The notes under the pieces: generated by a model | What the model was told of the DNA's origin: nothing | Database searches by the model: none | Seen by the model: the letters and a program-made list of their open reading frames with translations, nothing else | Shown: positions 20,346-29,404 of the stretch, in pieces | Position numbering within the stretch: the first letter of the stretch is position 1 | How the letters are laid out: the number at the start of each line of letters is the position of its first letter | Program-made: the position numbers and the translations under genes | Source: Candidatus Latescibacterota bacterium | GTDB taxonomy: Bacteria; Latescibacterota; UBA2968; UBA8231 | Length of the DNA: 64,000 nucleotides | Direction: 5' to 3' | Assembly (NCBI GenBank): GCA_965221775.1 | Contig: CBDCSU010000006.1 | Location: 1,248,001 to 1,312,000 of the forward strand

Positions 20346-22346
20346 TCAACGGCGCCAGGGCCACGGGAAGCCGGGCGCCGAGATTCTCTTGTGGAGGAAG
20401 TCCTCCGTCTGCTTGTGCCACAGGACGAAAGTGTCCCCCACGCTCGAAGTGTCGTCGTAGAGGAAGTCGGGGATCTCGTTTCTGATCGGGGTGCGGCCGA
20501 AGGCATCCGCCTTTTCCCACACGACCAGGGATTCGCCCTGCAGGCTCCATCCTTGTTCACCTTCCCCGACGACCTTGCGGTAGTTCTCAGGCGCCAACAG
20601 GGCGTCGAGCCGTCGCGCGGCCCTCTCGTACCGCCGGTCGGCGTACTCGCCCCATGACACCGGCCGGCACCATTCCGGCAGCGTTCCGGCTGCGTGCTCC
20701 TGCAACAGGTCGCACAGCGTCTGCGACGACATCGCCAGGATGTCCTTCGGCAGCGGCATATCGTCCAGCCTGTCCATGATCCGAGCGAGGTACATGCGGT
20801 AGAAGTCGGTCGACAGGTGGGAGCGAATCCCCTCAACGCTGGAGTGCAGCTCGTCGGCCAGCGCATGCTTGTGGCTGGGAAGGGAGGTGTTGGTGTAGAT
20901 CATCAGGCACCGCTTCACCACTTCGTCCGGGAAGGACTGGGGCTCGGCGTTCATCGAGATGACGAAGCAGGGGTGTTCGGTGACCGGGGGCAGGTTCTCA
21001 TCCTTTACGATGTCCAAGCCGTGCTCGGTGAAACGGCGCCGCGTGATGTCGTCGAAGACTACCGGGAAGCGCCGGTAGTTCTGCTGCAATCCCCGCAGGT
21101 TGCGGCGCGTGAAGCCGTCCTTCTCAACCGTGCTCGGATGGCCGAACATGCTGGCCACGAGGGTGTCGACCAAGCTGGTCTTGCCGCAGTTCGACTTGCC
21201 GTAGATCACCGCGAACGAGGGATAGTGGACGATGTTGGCTCCTTCGACGGTGGCGAGGGCACGCAGATCGCAGATGAAGGGGGAAACGTAGAGCCAGGAC
21301 ATGAAGGTGAAGTAGTCCCGCTGAAGACGGCGCACATCGCCGATGAAGCCGCGCTCGTAGTTGTTGAAGTACTCGACGATGGCCCGAGCGCTTTGACCAA
21401 GCCGCTCGCCGTCGACCTCCAGCGGCACGGGATCCCCTGAAAGAGAGACGTAGCGGGAGTTCCGGTCGATGCTCAGCTGCACGGGTCTGGAATCCTCTTC
21501 CTCCTGCCGCCCCTTCGCCCAGCGCAGCTTCTTGATCTCCGCCTTGACCGCTGGAGTCAGGACGAAGCTGCCCTTCTCCCGTTTCACCTGCGGGGTGACG
21601 ACGCGGTCCACCGGCACGGTCAGCTCCTCCACCCTGTGCACGACCTGCGGCACGGTCAGTTCCTCTGGCTGTGGCGGCTGAAACACCGTGACTCCTTCCT
21701 CCTGCAGCACGGGCGTGTCGGTGAAGGCGATGTCCGCCTCCTTCAGATCGACCGGCAGATCGATGCGATTGGAGGCAGTCCGCTTCACCGCGTCGTACTC
21801 GCGCGAGTAGTGGTCCCAAGCGCCGTCGTCGTCGAAGACCAGGAGCGTTTCCGGCTGTTTGCCGCTGAAGGCGCGCTCCGAGAGGTTGGCCGAGCCTGCG
21901 ATCACCCGCCTCCGCGGCTGCTCTCCGCCCTCGAGGAGATACAGCTTCGAGTGCGCGACGTTCTCCTTCACCACGTAGAACTCCGCCTCGCCGGCGTGGA
22001 CCTTCTCCAGGATTCTCCGTTGCCGTTCGTCCTTCAACTTGAGGGCGGCCTCCCTCAACTGGGTGACGAGGAATTGCTGAAAGGCGATGAGGTCCGCGAA
22101 ACGCCCCAGGCCCGCCTCGTAACCGAAGACGCATTCGAAGTGTCGGAACCCGTGCCGCTCCAGCATGCGAACGATCATCGGCGTGCTGACCGAGTAGGTC
22201 AGGGCGCGCATCGTTTCGAAGCCGTCGAACAGGGTCCACGAGAAGGGTTCGGCCCTGTGGAACCGGGCGGAGACTACTTGCAGTCCCTTCCTGGCCGTCG
22301 AATCGGGATCCTCGAAATCGAGGAGATTCTGCTGTGTGCCGCTCAT
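20346..22346 (-). CDS. PLD-family (BfiI/NgoFVII-like) nuclease fused to a C-terminal P-loop ATPase; candidate defence gene
   Basis: HxK motif AHSKLYLL with GSANLS and QPE; Walker A GKSNCGKTS, Walker B VVFDDI, sensor-like VISMN. Confidence 0.8.
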   Translation of the reverse strand: MSGTQQNLLDFEDPDSTARKGLQVVSARFHRAEPFSWTLFDGFETMRALTYSVSTPMIVRMLERHGFRHFECVFGYEAGLGRFADLIAFQQFLVTQLREAALKLKDERQRRILEKVHAGEAEFYVVKENVAHSKLYLLEGGEQPRRRVIAGSANLSERAFSGKQPETLLVFDDDGAWDHYSREYDAVKRTASNRIDLPVDLKEADIAFTDTPVLQEEGVTVFQPPQPEELTVPQVVHRVEELTVPVDRVVTPQVKREKGSFVLTPAVKAEIKKLRWAKGRQEEEDSRPVQLSIDRNSRYVSLSGDPVPLEVDGERLGQSARAIVEYFNNYERGFIGDVRRLQRDYFTFMSWLYVSPFICDLRALATVEGANIVHYPSFAVIYGKSNCGKTSLVDTLVASMFGHPSTVEKDGFTRRNLRGLQQNYRRFPVVFDDITRRRFTEHGLDIVKDENLPPVTEHPCFVISMNAEPQSFPDEVVKRCLMIYTNTSLPSHKHALADELHSSVEGIRSHLSTDFYRMYLARIMDRLDDMPLPKDILAMSSQTLCDLLQEHAAGTLPEWCRPVSWGEYADRRYERAARRLDALLAPENYRKVVGEGEQGWSLQGESLVVWEKADAFGRTPIRNEIPDFLYDDTSSVGDTFVLWHKQTEDFLHKRISAPGFPWPWRR

Positions 22347-22350
22347 CGGT

Positions 22351-23559
22351 TCAGGCCCGCAGCCGCCGCAGCCCCTCCTCGTAGACCTCGAAGCGCTCGC
22401 CCTCCCGCTCCTCCGGATCGACCAGCTTCAAAAAGAGAGCGCTGCCGGGCCGGCGGCCGGCGAACTCCCGGTGGCTGCCGATGTGGGAGGGGTCCGCACC
22501 GCTCCACTTCACCTCGCCGTCCTGCAGGTAGATGAAGTCGCCCGGGTAGCGGTCGACCAGCTCGCGGCGGCGATCCCGGTACCAGAGGCCCTGCTCGCAG
22601 GCGGTCTCGCGCACCGTGGCCATGTGCGCGGGCGGGTCCTCCTCCACCGAGTCGAACTCGTTCAGCGGCGCCTGCACCTCACTCACCAGGTCGATCTCGT
22701 CGAGGTCGACGGTGCCGAACCCGCCCTGGGCGGCCACGAGGAGGTGGTTGCGGTCGCGGCGGAAGGGCGGCCGCGGCCAGTCGGAGGCGGGGTCGTGGCC
22801 CATGAGGTGAGCCCCCACGGCGTCGGTGGCCACGATCTGGTCGCCGGCGATCAGGGCGTTGCAGACGCGCCCCTCGCCGCCCCACTCGCGGCCCCACTGG
22901 CCGGTGAGGGCGTCGATGATGTTGAGGCAGGGGTTGGTGATGCGCGCCAGGTCGGGCAGCACGTAGGAGAGCCGGATGGCGTGGTGGAAGTAGGTGCGCA
23001 CGCGCCCCTCGGGGCGGATCGTCGGGGTCAGGCCGAAGAGGTTCTTCATGCACAGGGTGACGCCCATGAAGAGGTGGTTCTTCATCTTGGCCACCGAGAT
23101 CACCTCGTCCGCCTCCTGCCAGCAGCGGCTGAGGGTGTAGCGCCGGAACATGTAGCCGCCCCCGGGCACGTCGTACTCGGCGAAGGGAGGCAGGTTCGAC
23201 TCGTCGTACTCGACGCCGAACTCGTCGAGGAGGGGCTTGTAATTGAAGTAGGGAGTGGTCCCCCCGTCGGCTTCGCGTCCGAAGGTGTCGCTGGCCACCA
23301 GGCTCGCCGAGGTGCGCTCCCGCAGCAGGCGCAGCACGGCGCGGCAGACGGCGTCGTCCACCAGCTCGCGGCGGCGGCCCTCGAACCTCTCCACCTTGGT
23401 GTGTCCCATGTTGAACTTGAGGGCGATGCGCCCCGCCTTCTCCAGTTTCTCCCAGGACCGGGTCAGGGGGTCGGTGGCGCGCTTCAGCGCCTCGTAGACC
23501 TCCTCGTCGGCGGCCCGGTGATCGCAGCGCACGGCGCGCACGGCGTATTGGCGGCTCAT
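22351..23559 (-). CDS. DUF362 domain protein
   Basis: IALKFN, VISVAKMKNH..GVTLCMKNLFG, IIDAL, DQIVATDAV; GGAG SD. Confidence 0.82.
   Translation of the reverse strand: MSRQYAVRAVRCDHRAADEEVYEALKRATDPLTRSWEKLEKAGRIALKFNMGHTKVERFEGRRRELVDDAVCRAVLRLLRERTSASLVASDTFGREADGGTTPYFNYKPLLDEFGVEYDESNLPPFAEYDVPGGGYMFRRYTLSRCWQEADEVISVAKMKNHLFMGVTLCMKNLFGLTPTIRPEGRVRTYFHHAIRLSYVLPDLARITNPCLNIIDALTGQWGREWGGEGRVCNALIAGDQIVATDAVGAHLMGHDPASDWPRPPFRRDRNHLLVAAQGGFGTVDLDEIDLVSEVQAPLNEFDSVEEDPPAHMATVRETACEQGLWYRDRRRELVDRYPGDFIYLQDGEVKWSGADPSHIGSHREFAGRRPGSALFLKLVDPEEREGERFEVYEEGLRRLRA
22366..22844 (-). repeat. Direct repeat copy 2 (3' part of the intact DUF362 gene)
   Basis: Matches 18942-19420. Confidence 0.92.
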
Positions 23560-23575
23560 TCTGTCTCTCCTCCGT

Positions 23576-24784
23576 TCACAGGTTCCAGTAGTCGTTCAGG
23601 TCGCGCTGCCAGGCGTCGACCTTGCCGGACACGACGTCGGCCACCTTGACCACCTGCCCCGACTTGCCCGACTCGTAGATCGCCTCGCTCACCGCCTTGG
23701 AGCGCATCCCCTCCTCGGCGTCGATCTCCACGGGGCGGCCGCGGGAGAGGGCATCGATGAAGTCCCACAGCTCCAGGGGCACGCCGGCGGTGATGCCGTA
23801 GGGGAAGAGCTCCTCGCGGCGGGCGGCGGAGAGGGTGTCAAGGTACATCTGCTGCAGCTTGCCCATGCTGTAGGTGGTGCCGTCGATGAGCTGGCACTCG
23901 CCGTTGGCCTGGAAGGCGGCGGGGTGGAAGATGTCGGAGTCGACGATCGATCCGCGGGTGCCGGCCAGGGTGAGCTGGGTGAAGCCCTTGCCCGGCGCCG
24001 AGATCGTCCACGACCAGGTGCCGACCAGGCCGCTCCTGAAGTTGAAGATCGCCGTCCAGAAGTCCTCCTGGGCGCCCTTGACGACGCGCCGGCCCTTGCG
24101 GAAGCGGCGGTCCCGAACCTGCTCGACGCGGGCGAAGACGGAGTCGATCTCGCCGAACCAGTAGCGCATGGTGTCGACCCAGTGGGCGCCGGAGTCCATG
24201 ACCATGCCGCAGCCGCCGAGCTTGCGGTCGACGCGCCAGCTCCAGCCGCCCACGGGCTCCGGGTCCTGCCAGGCCGCCCTGATCGCCCACCACATGACCG
24301 GATCCCCGAGCAGGCCCTCGTTGAAGGCCCAGTGGATGGCGCGCTGGCCGATGGCGCGGCGGCACTGCTCGGCGGTGGCCGCCACCAAGCCCCGGCGCCT
24401 GGCGGTGGCGGCGATCTTCTTCGATGCCTTCACGGTGATGCCGATCGGCTTCTCGATGAGGACGTTGACGCCGGCCTGCAGCAGCTGACAGCCGAGGACG
24501 TGGTGCAGGCCGTGGGGACTGCAGATGTCGGCGCCGTCCACCTCGAGGCCGCTGTCGAGCAGGTCGTCGACGCTGCCGAAGGCGGCCACCTCCCAGCCGG
24601 CGGCGGAGGCGAGGCGGTCGGCGAATCCCTCGGCCCGCTCCTTCGCCTCGTCCACGGCGGCGACGATGCGGAAGCGGTCCTCGCCCCGCTGCAGCAGCTC
24701 CTCGTAGCCGCGCAGGTGGGCGCCGGCCATGCCGCCGCAGCCGACGATCGCCAGGTTCACTCGCTTGCCTCTGCTCTTGGCCAT
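23576..24784 (-). CDS. Gfo/Idh/MocA family oxidoreductase
   Basis: AIVGCGGMA, SPHGLH, VLIEKPI, MDSGAHWVD. Confidence 0.88.
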   Translation of the reverse strand: MAKSRGKRVNLAIVGCGGMAGAHLRGYEELLQRGEDRFRIVAAVDEAKERAEGFADRLASAAGWEVAAFGSVDDLLDSGLEVDGADICSPHGLHHVLGCQLLQAGVNVLIEKPIGITVKASKKIAATARRRGLVAATAEQCRRAIGQRAIHWAFNEGLLGDPVMWWAIRAAWQDPEPVGGWSWRVDRKLGGCGMVMDSGAHWVDTMRYWFGEIDSVFARVEQVRDRRFRKGRRVVKGAQEDFWTAIFNFRSGLVGTWSWTISAPGKGFTQLTLAGTRGSIVDSDIFHPAAFQANGECQLIDGTTYSMGKLQQMYLDTLSAARREELFPYGITAGVPLELWDFIDALSRGRPVEIDAEEGMRSKAVSEAIYESGKSGQVVKVADVVSGKVDAWQRDLNDYWNL

Positions 24785-24960
24785 CGGCTCCCCTTCCGGT
24801 GGTGGGTTCGGCGATATAAGCGGTGCCGGGTGCGGGCGCGTCAAGGCGGCTCCGTCTGTCTCGACGCCTGCCGCTTCGTTATCTTGGCGCCCCTCGCGGC
24901 GCAGCGCCCCGGAAGGTGGCCCGGCGACGCGGGTCCCGCCCCTGGCGAAAGGAGATCCTG

Positions 24961-25788
24961 GTGACCGCAAGGGGAATGACGGAAGCGGAGAAGTACCTCT
25001 TCGACGTGCACGGGTACCTGGTGATCGAGGGCCTGCTGTCCCCCGAGGAGGTGAGGGCCGCCAACGCCGCCGTGGACCACCACGCCGCCGACATCAACCT
25101 CCGTCCGTGCGACCTGGCCCACGGCTCCCGGACCCTCGCGGGCACCCAGGGCCGCGGCGACCTCGGCGGCATGCTCACCTGGGAGAAGCCCCACTGCGAC
25201 GTCTTCCGGGAGATGATCGCCCACGCCAACAGCCAGCGCTTCCTCGAGGAGCTGCTGGGCCCCGGGTTCCGCCTGGAGGGGCTGAGCCTCATCACCATGG
25301 ACGAGGGCGCCGAGGGCTTCTGGTTCCACGAGGGGGGCGAGCCCCACGACCGCTCCCGGGGCTACCACTACCGCAACGGCCGCATGTTCTGCGGCATGAC
25401 CAACATCGCCGTGCAGCTCACCGACGTGGAAGCCGGCGACGGCGGCTTCGCCTGCGTGCCCGCCAGCCACCGGGCCAACTTCCCCTGCCCCGACGACATC
25501 CGTCTCTACGAGGCCCACCAGGACCGCTTCGTGCAGATCCCGGCGCGCGCCGGCGACGGCATCCTCTTCGTGGAGTGCCTCATGCACGGGGCCCTGCCGT
25601 GGCGGGCGAAGAGCCAGCGCCGCTCCGTGATCCTGCGCTACAACTCCGGGGTCATGGCCGAGGGGATGATGGGCACGTACACGCCGCCGGACTTCTTCGA
25701 CGAGCTGACCCCGCAACAGCAGGCCGTGATCTCGGCGCCCCACTACCGGCGCGAGGACAAGGGATCGGCCCTCTACAGGACGGGGTGA
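24961..25788 (+). CDS. Phytanoyl-CoA dioxygenase (PhyH) family protein
   Basis: EKYLFDVHGYLV, GGFACVPASH, AGDGILF.E.LMHG.LPW; AAGGAG SD. Confidence 0.8.
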   Translation: MTARGMTEAEKYLFDVHGYLVIEGLLSPEEVRAANAAVDHHAADINLRPCDLAHGSRTLAGTQGRGDLGGMLTWEKPHCDVFREMIAHANSQRFLEELLGPGFRLEGLSLITMDEGAEGFWFHEGGEPHDRSRGYHYRNGRMFCGMTNIAVQLTDVEAGDGGFACVPASHRANFPCPDDIRLYEAHQDRFVQIPARAGDGILFVECLMHGALPWRAKSQRRSVILRYNSGVMAEGMMGTYTPPDFFDELTPQQQAVISAPHYRREDKGSALYRTG

Positions 25789-26828
25789 TGACCGCCAGCG
25801 CCCTGCCCACCGCCGCCTTCGGCCCCACGGACCTGCGCGTCACCCGCCTGTGCCAGGGGACCGCCTTCCAGACCCTGGCCCGCGACGAGACCGACCCGCG
25901 GGGCGAGGCCGTGCTGCGCCACTGCCTCGACGCGGGGATCACCTTCTTCGACTCGGCCACCGCCTACGGCTGGGGGGGCTCGGAGCGCCTGCTGGGCCAG
26001 TGCCTGCAGGGCCGGCGGGACGAGGTCGTGATCTGCACCAAGGTCCTTCCCGGGCGGGAGCCCACCGCCGAGGGCCGCGCCTGGGACCGCGTCCCCTTCA
26101 CCCTGGAGTTCCTGCGCCAGCAGTGCGAGGCCAGCCTGCGGCGGCTGCGCACGGAGGTGATCGACCTCTACCTGCTGCACCAGCCCGACCCCGATACCCC
26201 GCCCGGGGCCCAGTGCGAACACATGCAGCGGCTCATCGACGAGGGCCGCATCCGCCACTGGGGGGTATCGAACCACACGGCCTCGGCAGTGCGGGCCCTG
26301 CTGGAGGCCGCGGCGGCGGCGGGCACCACCCCTCCCTGCGGCCTGGAGGACTACTACACCGTGGCCGGCACCAAGGTCCACGACGACGGCCGCGCGCGGG
26401 TCCGCCGCTACGAGGAGGAGATGTTCCCCCTGCTGCGGGAGAGGGGCCTCGGGCTGCTCGCCTTCGGCCCCATGGACCGCGGCACCCTGGCGCCGGGCGC
26501 GCCCGTGGAGAGCGGCTCCCCCCTGGAGACGATGGTCGCCGCGATCGACGACGCGGCGGCCGAGCTGGGCGTCAGTCGGGCCCAACTCTGCGTCGCCTGG
26601 GTCCTCTCCCATCCCGAGGTGACCTGCGTCCTCGGTGGCGCCGAGACGCCTGCCCACGTGGACGAGATGATCGCCGGCACCAAGCTGCGGGTGCCGGAGG
26701 AGTTGAGGGAACGGCTGTGGGCCGCGAGCCGGGTCTTCACCGGGGCCGTGGAGGCCGCGGCCGATACTCGACCAGCGCCGACCGTCCCACGATCTCCACG
26801 ATCCGCCCGATCATCTCGACGCCGTTGA
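25788..26828 (+). CDS. Aldo/keto reductase
   Basis: GITFFDSATAYG, VICTK, SLRRLRTEVIDLYLLHQPD, WGVSN. Confidence 0.88.
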   Translation: MTASALPTAAFGPTDLRVTRLCQGTAFQTLARDETDPRGEAVLRHCLDAGITFFDSATAYGWGGSERLLGQCLQGRRDEVVICTKVLPGREPTAEGRAWDRVPFTLEFLRQQCEASLRRLRTEVIDLYLLHQPDPDTPPGAQCEHMQRLIDEGRIRHWGVSNHTASAVRALLEAAAAAGTTPPCGLEDYYTVAGTKVHDDGRARVRRYEEEMFPLLRERGLGLLAFGPMDRGTLAPGAPVESGSPLETMVAAIDDAAAELGVSRAQLCVAWVLSHPEVTCVLGGAETPAHVDEMIAGTKLRVPEELRERLWAASRVFTGAVEAAADTRPAPTVPRSPRSARSSRRR

Positions 26829-26974
26829 CATCGGTGAGCCGCAGGTCTTCGCCGAGCACGAAATGCACCGGCTGCTGCTGGCCCTGGTTGATCGCGATGT
26901 TCGAGGCGTAGAGGTACGAACCGCGCCTGGCTGCGCAGAAGCTGGCGGGCGATTTCCTGGTCGCTGTAGTTCAC
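26737..26974 (-). pseudogene. Small (~78 aa) hypothetical gene apparently broken by a one-base frameshift
   Basis: GTG-start frame MNYSDQEIARQLLRSQ continues one base over as GSYLYASNIAINQGQQQPVHFVLGEDLRLTDVNGVEMIGRIVEIVGRSALVEYRPRPPRPR*; span is 3n+1; both parts use GC-ending codons. Confidence 0.45.
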
Positions 26975-26993
26975 TGGAGGTTCCCTGGCCTCG

Positions 26994-27731
26994 TTACTTC
27001 CTCTTCTTCTCCTCGCCGCCGTACGGCTGCCCGGAGAAGATGGCGCGGATCTCGGCGCCCGACTTCGCCTTGGCGAGGCGGCCCATGCGCTCCTCCTCCT
27101 CCTCGCGCAGCTTGTGCAGGTTCTCCACCACCTGCTCCAGCCGGTCGGCGGGGAACTTGCAGGCCCCGTTCTCGTCCATGTGCACGATCTCGCCGGGCGC
27201 CACGTCCATGCCGGCCACGTGGACGGGCACGTTCACGGCGTACACCTCCTGGCCGCCGTGGCCCGGGGTGATCCCGCTCAGCAGGTACTGGAACTTCATG
27301 GGGCGGATCTCGTCGATGTCGCGCGACGGCCCGTTGGAGATGGCGCCGACGCAGCCCAGGGCCTTCATGGCCGTGGTCATGTTGCCGCCGGAGAGGCCGA
27401 TCTTGCCGGCCAGCTCGGGCGGGAACTTCTGCTGAAAGCAGAACACGCTGGGCCGCTCCGAAGCGTCGATGGCGTCGAAGACGTCCATGCCGGTGAGCCG
27501 GCCGAAGCCCGGATCCGTGGGGCCGTACACGGCGGTGACGGCGTACCCGGCCAGCGCCCCCAGCTCGGGGTACATGCAGCGCAGGCTGTCGTCGGTGTAC
27601 CAGTTCTCGGTGAGCGGGTTGTAGAGCCCCAGGCACAGGGGGTGGGAGGGATAGGTGGCCACCACGTTGGTCACCGAGGGCGTGTCGAACTGGCGGATCT
27701 CCTCGAGCAGCTTCCGTTCCTTCTGTCCCAT
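26994..27731 (-). CDS. RraA/HMG-aldolase family protein
   Basis: FDTPSVTN, AGYAVT, GGNMTT, GPSRDIDEI, VAPGEIVHMDENG. Confidence 0.82.
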   Translation of the reverse strand: MGQKERKLLEEIRQFDTPSVTNVVATYPSHPLCLGLYNPLTENWYTDDSLRCMYPELGALAGYAVTAVYGPTDPGFGRLTGMDVFDAIDASERPSVFCFQQKFPPELAGKIGLSGGNMTTAMKALGCVGAISNGPSRDIDEIRPMKFQYLLSGITPGHGGQEVYAVNVPVHVAGMDVAPGEIVHMDENGACKFPADRLEQVVENLHKLREEEEERMGRLAKAKSGAEIRAIFSGQPYGGEEKKRK

Positions 27732-28093
27732 CAGGTCTCCTTTGGCAAGACGCGGACCTCGTCATCCGCGTTGGGTACGACGCACAGGAACTCGAAGGGC
27801 TCGTCCCCTTCGACGGTGTAGGAATGGGGGAGCCGGGCCGGGATGTGCAGCGAGTCCCCCGCCTGCACCCGCACCTCCTCGTCGCCGAGGACGATCGTGG
27901 CCCGGCCGGCGAGCACGTACTGGCCGTGCTCGACCTCGTTGGTGTGCAGGGGCATGCCGCCGCCCGGCTCCATGACGAAGCGGCGGATGGCGAAGTGCGG
28001 CGACAGGTTGGGCCCGACCAGGACCTGGCGGGCGGCCGCCGTGGCGCCGGCCACCTCCTCGAGGCTGACCTCCCCGGATCTTCTGACGGTCAT
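27731..28093 (-). CDS. Cupin domain protein
   Basis: FAIRRFVMEPGGGMPLHTNEVEHGQYVLAG...GDSLHIPARLPHSY. Confidence 0.88.
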   Translation of the reverse strand: MTVRRSGEVSLEEVAGATAAARQVLVGPNLSPHFAIRRFVMEPGGGMPLHTNEVEHGQYVLAGRATIVLGDEEVRVQAGDSLHIPARLPHSYTVEGDEPFEFLCVVPNADDEVRVLPKET

Positions 28094-28262
28094 CGGTTCC
28101 TCCCTTTCCCCGCAACAAAGGCAAACCCCGGGCCCCGTGAAAGCCCCGGGGAGATAGAATCGGTTGTGGCGAGGGTGGATGTGTAGTACCATGCGGCAAG
28201 ACCCAGCTTGGCACTCAGCCTGTGGTCTGTCGGATCCTCACTTGTTGCAGGAGGATTCCCCG

Positions 28263-28820
28263 ATGCACGAGTCCCGGAATGAAGGACCCGACAGCGGCGT
28301 GCCGCCCCGCATCTTCGGCACGGCCTTGGCATCGGGGATCCTCCTGGCCGCCTTGGTGGCCGTGGCCGCCCGGCTCGAGAGCGGCTTTCCGCCCGGCGTC
28401 ACTCCCCCTCCTTTCGCTCACCTGATCGGCCAGTCCGCCCCGGCCTTCTCCCTCGACGGACTGCAGGGCGGCACGGTTTCCTCGGACGATGCGCCGGCGG
28501 GCCGATCCTGGCTGCTGTTCTTCGCCGAGGCCTCCTGCCCGGCCTGCGACACCACCTACCCCGCCCTCGCTCAGGCCTCCGAGCGATACCCCGTGCTCGT
28601 CGTCGGCGCCGGCGACCGAACGCTGCTCCAGGAGAAGCTGGCCCCGCACGGCCTGGTCTCGATCGCCGGCCACGACCGCCTCTGGGAGGTGAACCAGGCC
28701 TACGGCGTGCCCGGCTATCCCTCGGTGCTGCTGATCGATCCGCAGGGTGTCGTGCGCAAGGGCGCCGTGGGCAGCCAAGGACTGGAGCAGGTGCTCGCTG
28801 CGCCGGAGAGGCCGGACTGA
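28263..28820 (+). CDS. Membrane-anchored TlpA/MauD-like thioredoxin-fold redoxin
   Basis: N-terminal TM; GQSAPAFSL, LLFFAEASCPAC, cis-Pro motif YGVPGYPSVLLID. Confidence 0.8.
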   Translation: MHESRNEGPDSGVPPRIFGTALASGILLAALVAVAARLESGFPPGVTPPPFAHLIGQSAPAFSLDGLQGGTVSSDDAPAGRSWLLFFAEASCPACDTTYPALAQASERYPVLVVGAGDRTLLQEKLAPHGLVSIAGHDRLWEVNQAYGVPGYPSVLLIDPQGVVRKGAVGSQGLEQVLAAPERPD

Positions 28821-28822
28821 AC

Positions 28823-29404
28823 ATGGCGGCGCACAGACCCTCCCTCGTCGCCGGCGGCCTGCTGGCCGTCGCCCTGATCGGGGCCCTGGCCGTCGTGGAC
28901 GGCCCGCCCGGCTCCCTTTTGAACCGCCTGCCGAGGAGCCAGTGGCAGCAACTGCCCCGGGGCATCCCCGCCCCCGACTTCCGGCTGGCCGCGGTCGCAG
29001 GGCCGGGGTTGGAACTGGCCGACCTGAAGGGCCGGTCCTCGGCCGTCGTGTTCGTCACCACCACCTGCCGGTACTGCAGCGAACTGAAGGCCAACCTGCT
29101 CGACGCGGGGCTGCCCGATCTGGGTGGCCGCCTGGTCTTCATCAACGGTCCGGGCGACGGTCGCTCAGCAAAGTCGCCCGAGGACAGCGTCGAGGCGCGG
29201 GTCCGCGGCTTGTACCCCGTGCTGCAGGACACCACGGGAGAGACGTCGCTGGCCTACTACGCCGTCAGCGTGCCCACGGCCTACCGCCTCGATGCGGAGG
29301 GCACGGTGGCGGCGGCGGCTCGGGGCGCCGGGCCAGTCCTGGCCCTGGTGGAGGAACTGGCGCAAGACGTGGCTTCGGACGAGGACTGCCGATCATGTCG
29401 ATAG
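28823..29404 (+). CDS. Second TlpA/MauD-like thioredoxin-fold redoxin
   Basis: N-terminal TM/signal; GIPAPDFRL, VVFVTTTCRYC, YAVSVPTAY.LD; extra C-terminal CRSC. Confidence 0.8.
   Translation: MAAHRPSLVAGGLLAVALIGALAVVDGPPGSLLNRLPRSQWQQLPRGIPAPDFRLAAVAGPGLELADLKGRSSAVVFVTTTCRYCSELKANLLDAGLPDLGGRLVFINGPGDGRSAKSPEDSVEARVRGLYPVLQDTTGETSLAYYAVSVPTAYRLDAEGTVAAAARGAGPVLALVEELAQDVASDEDCRSCR

Noticed and set aside
24729-26828. 699-aa ORF suggesting a large fusion
   Set aside because: Only the part from 25788 has aldo/keto reductase motifs; the upstream part overlaps the PhyH gene in another frame
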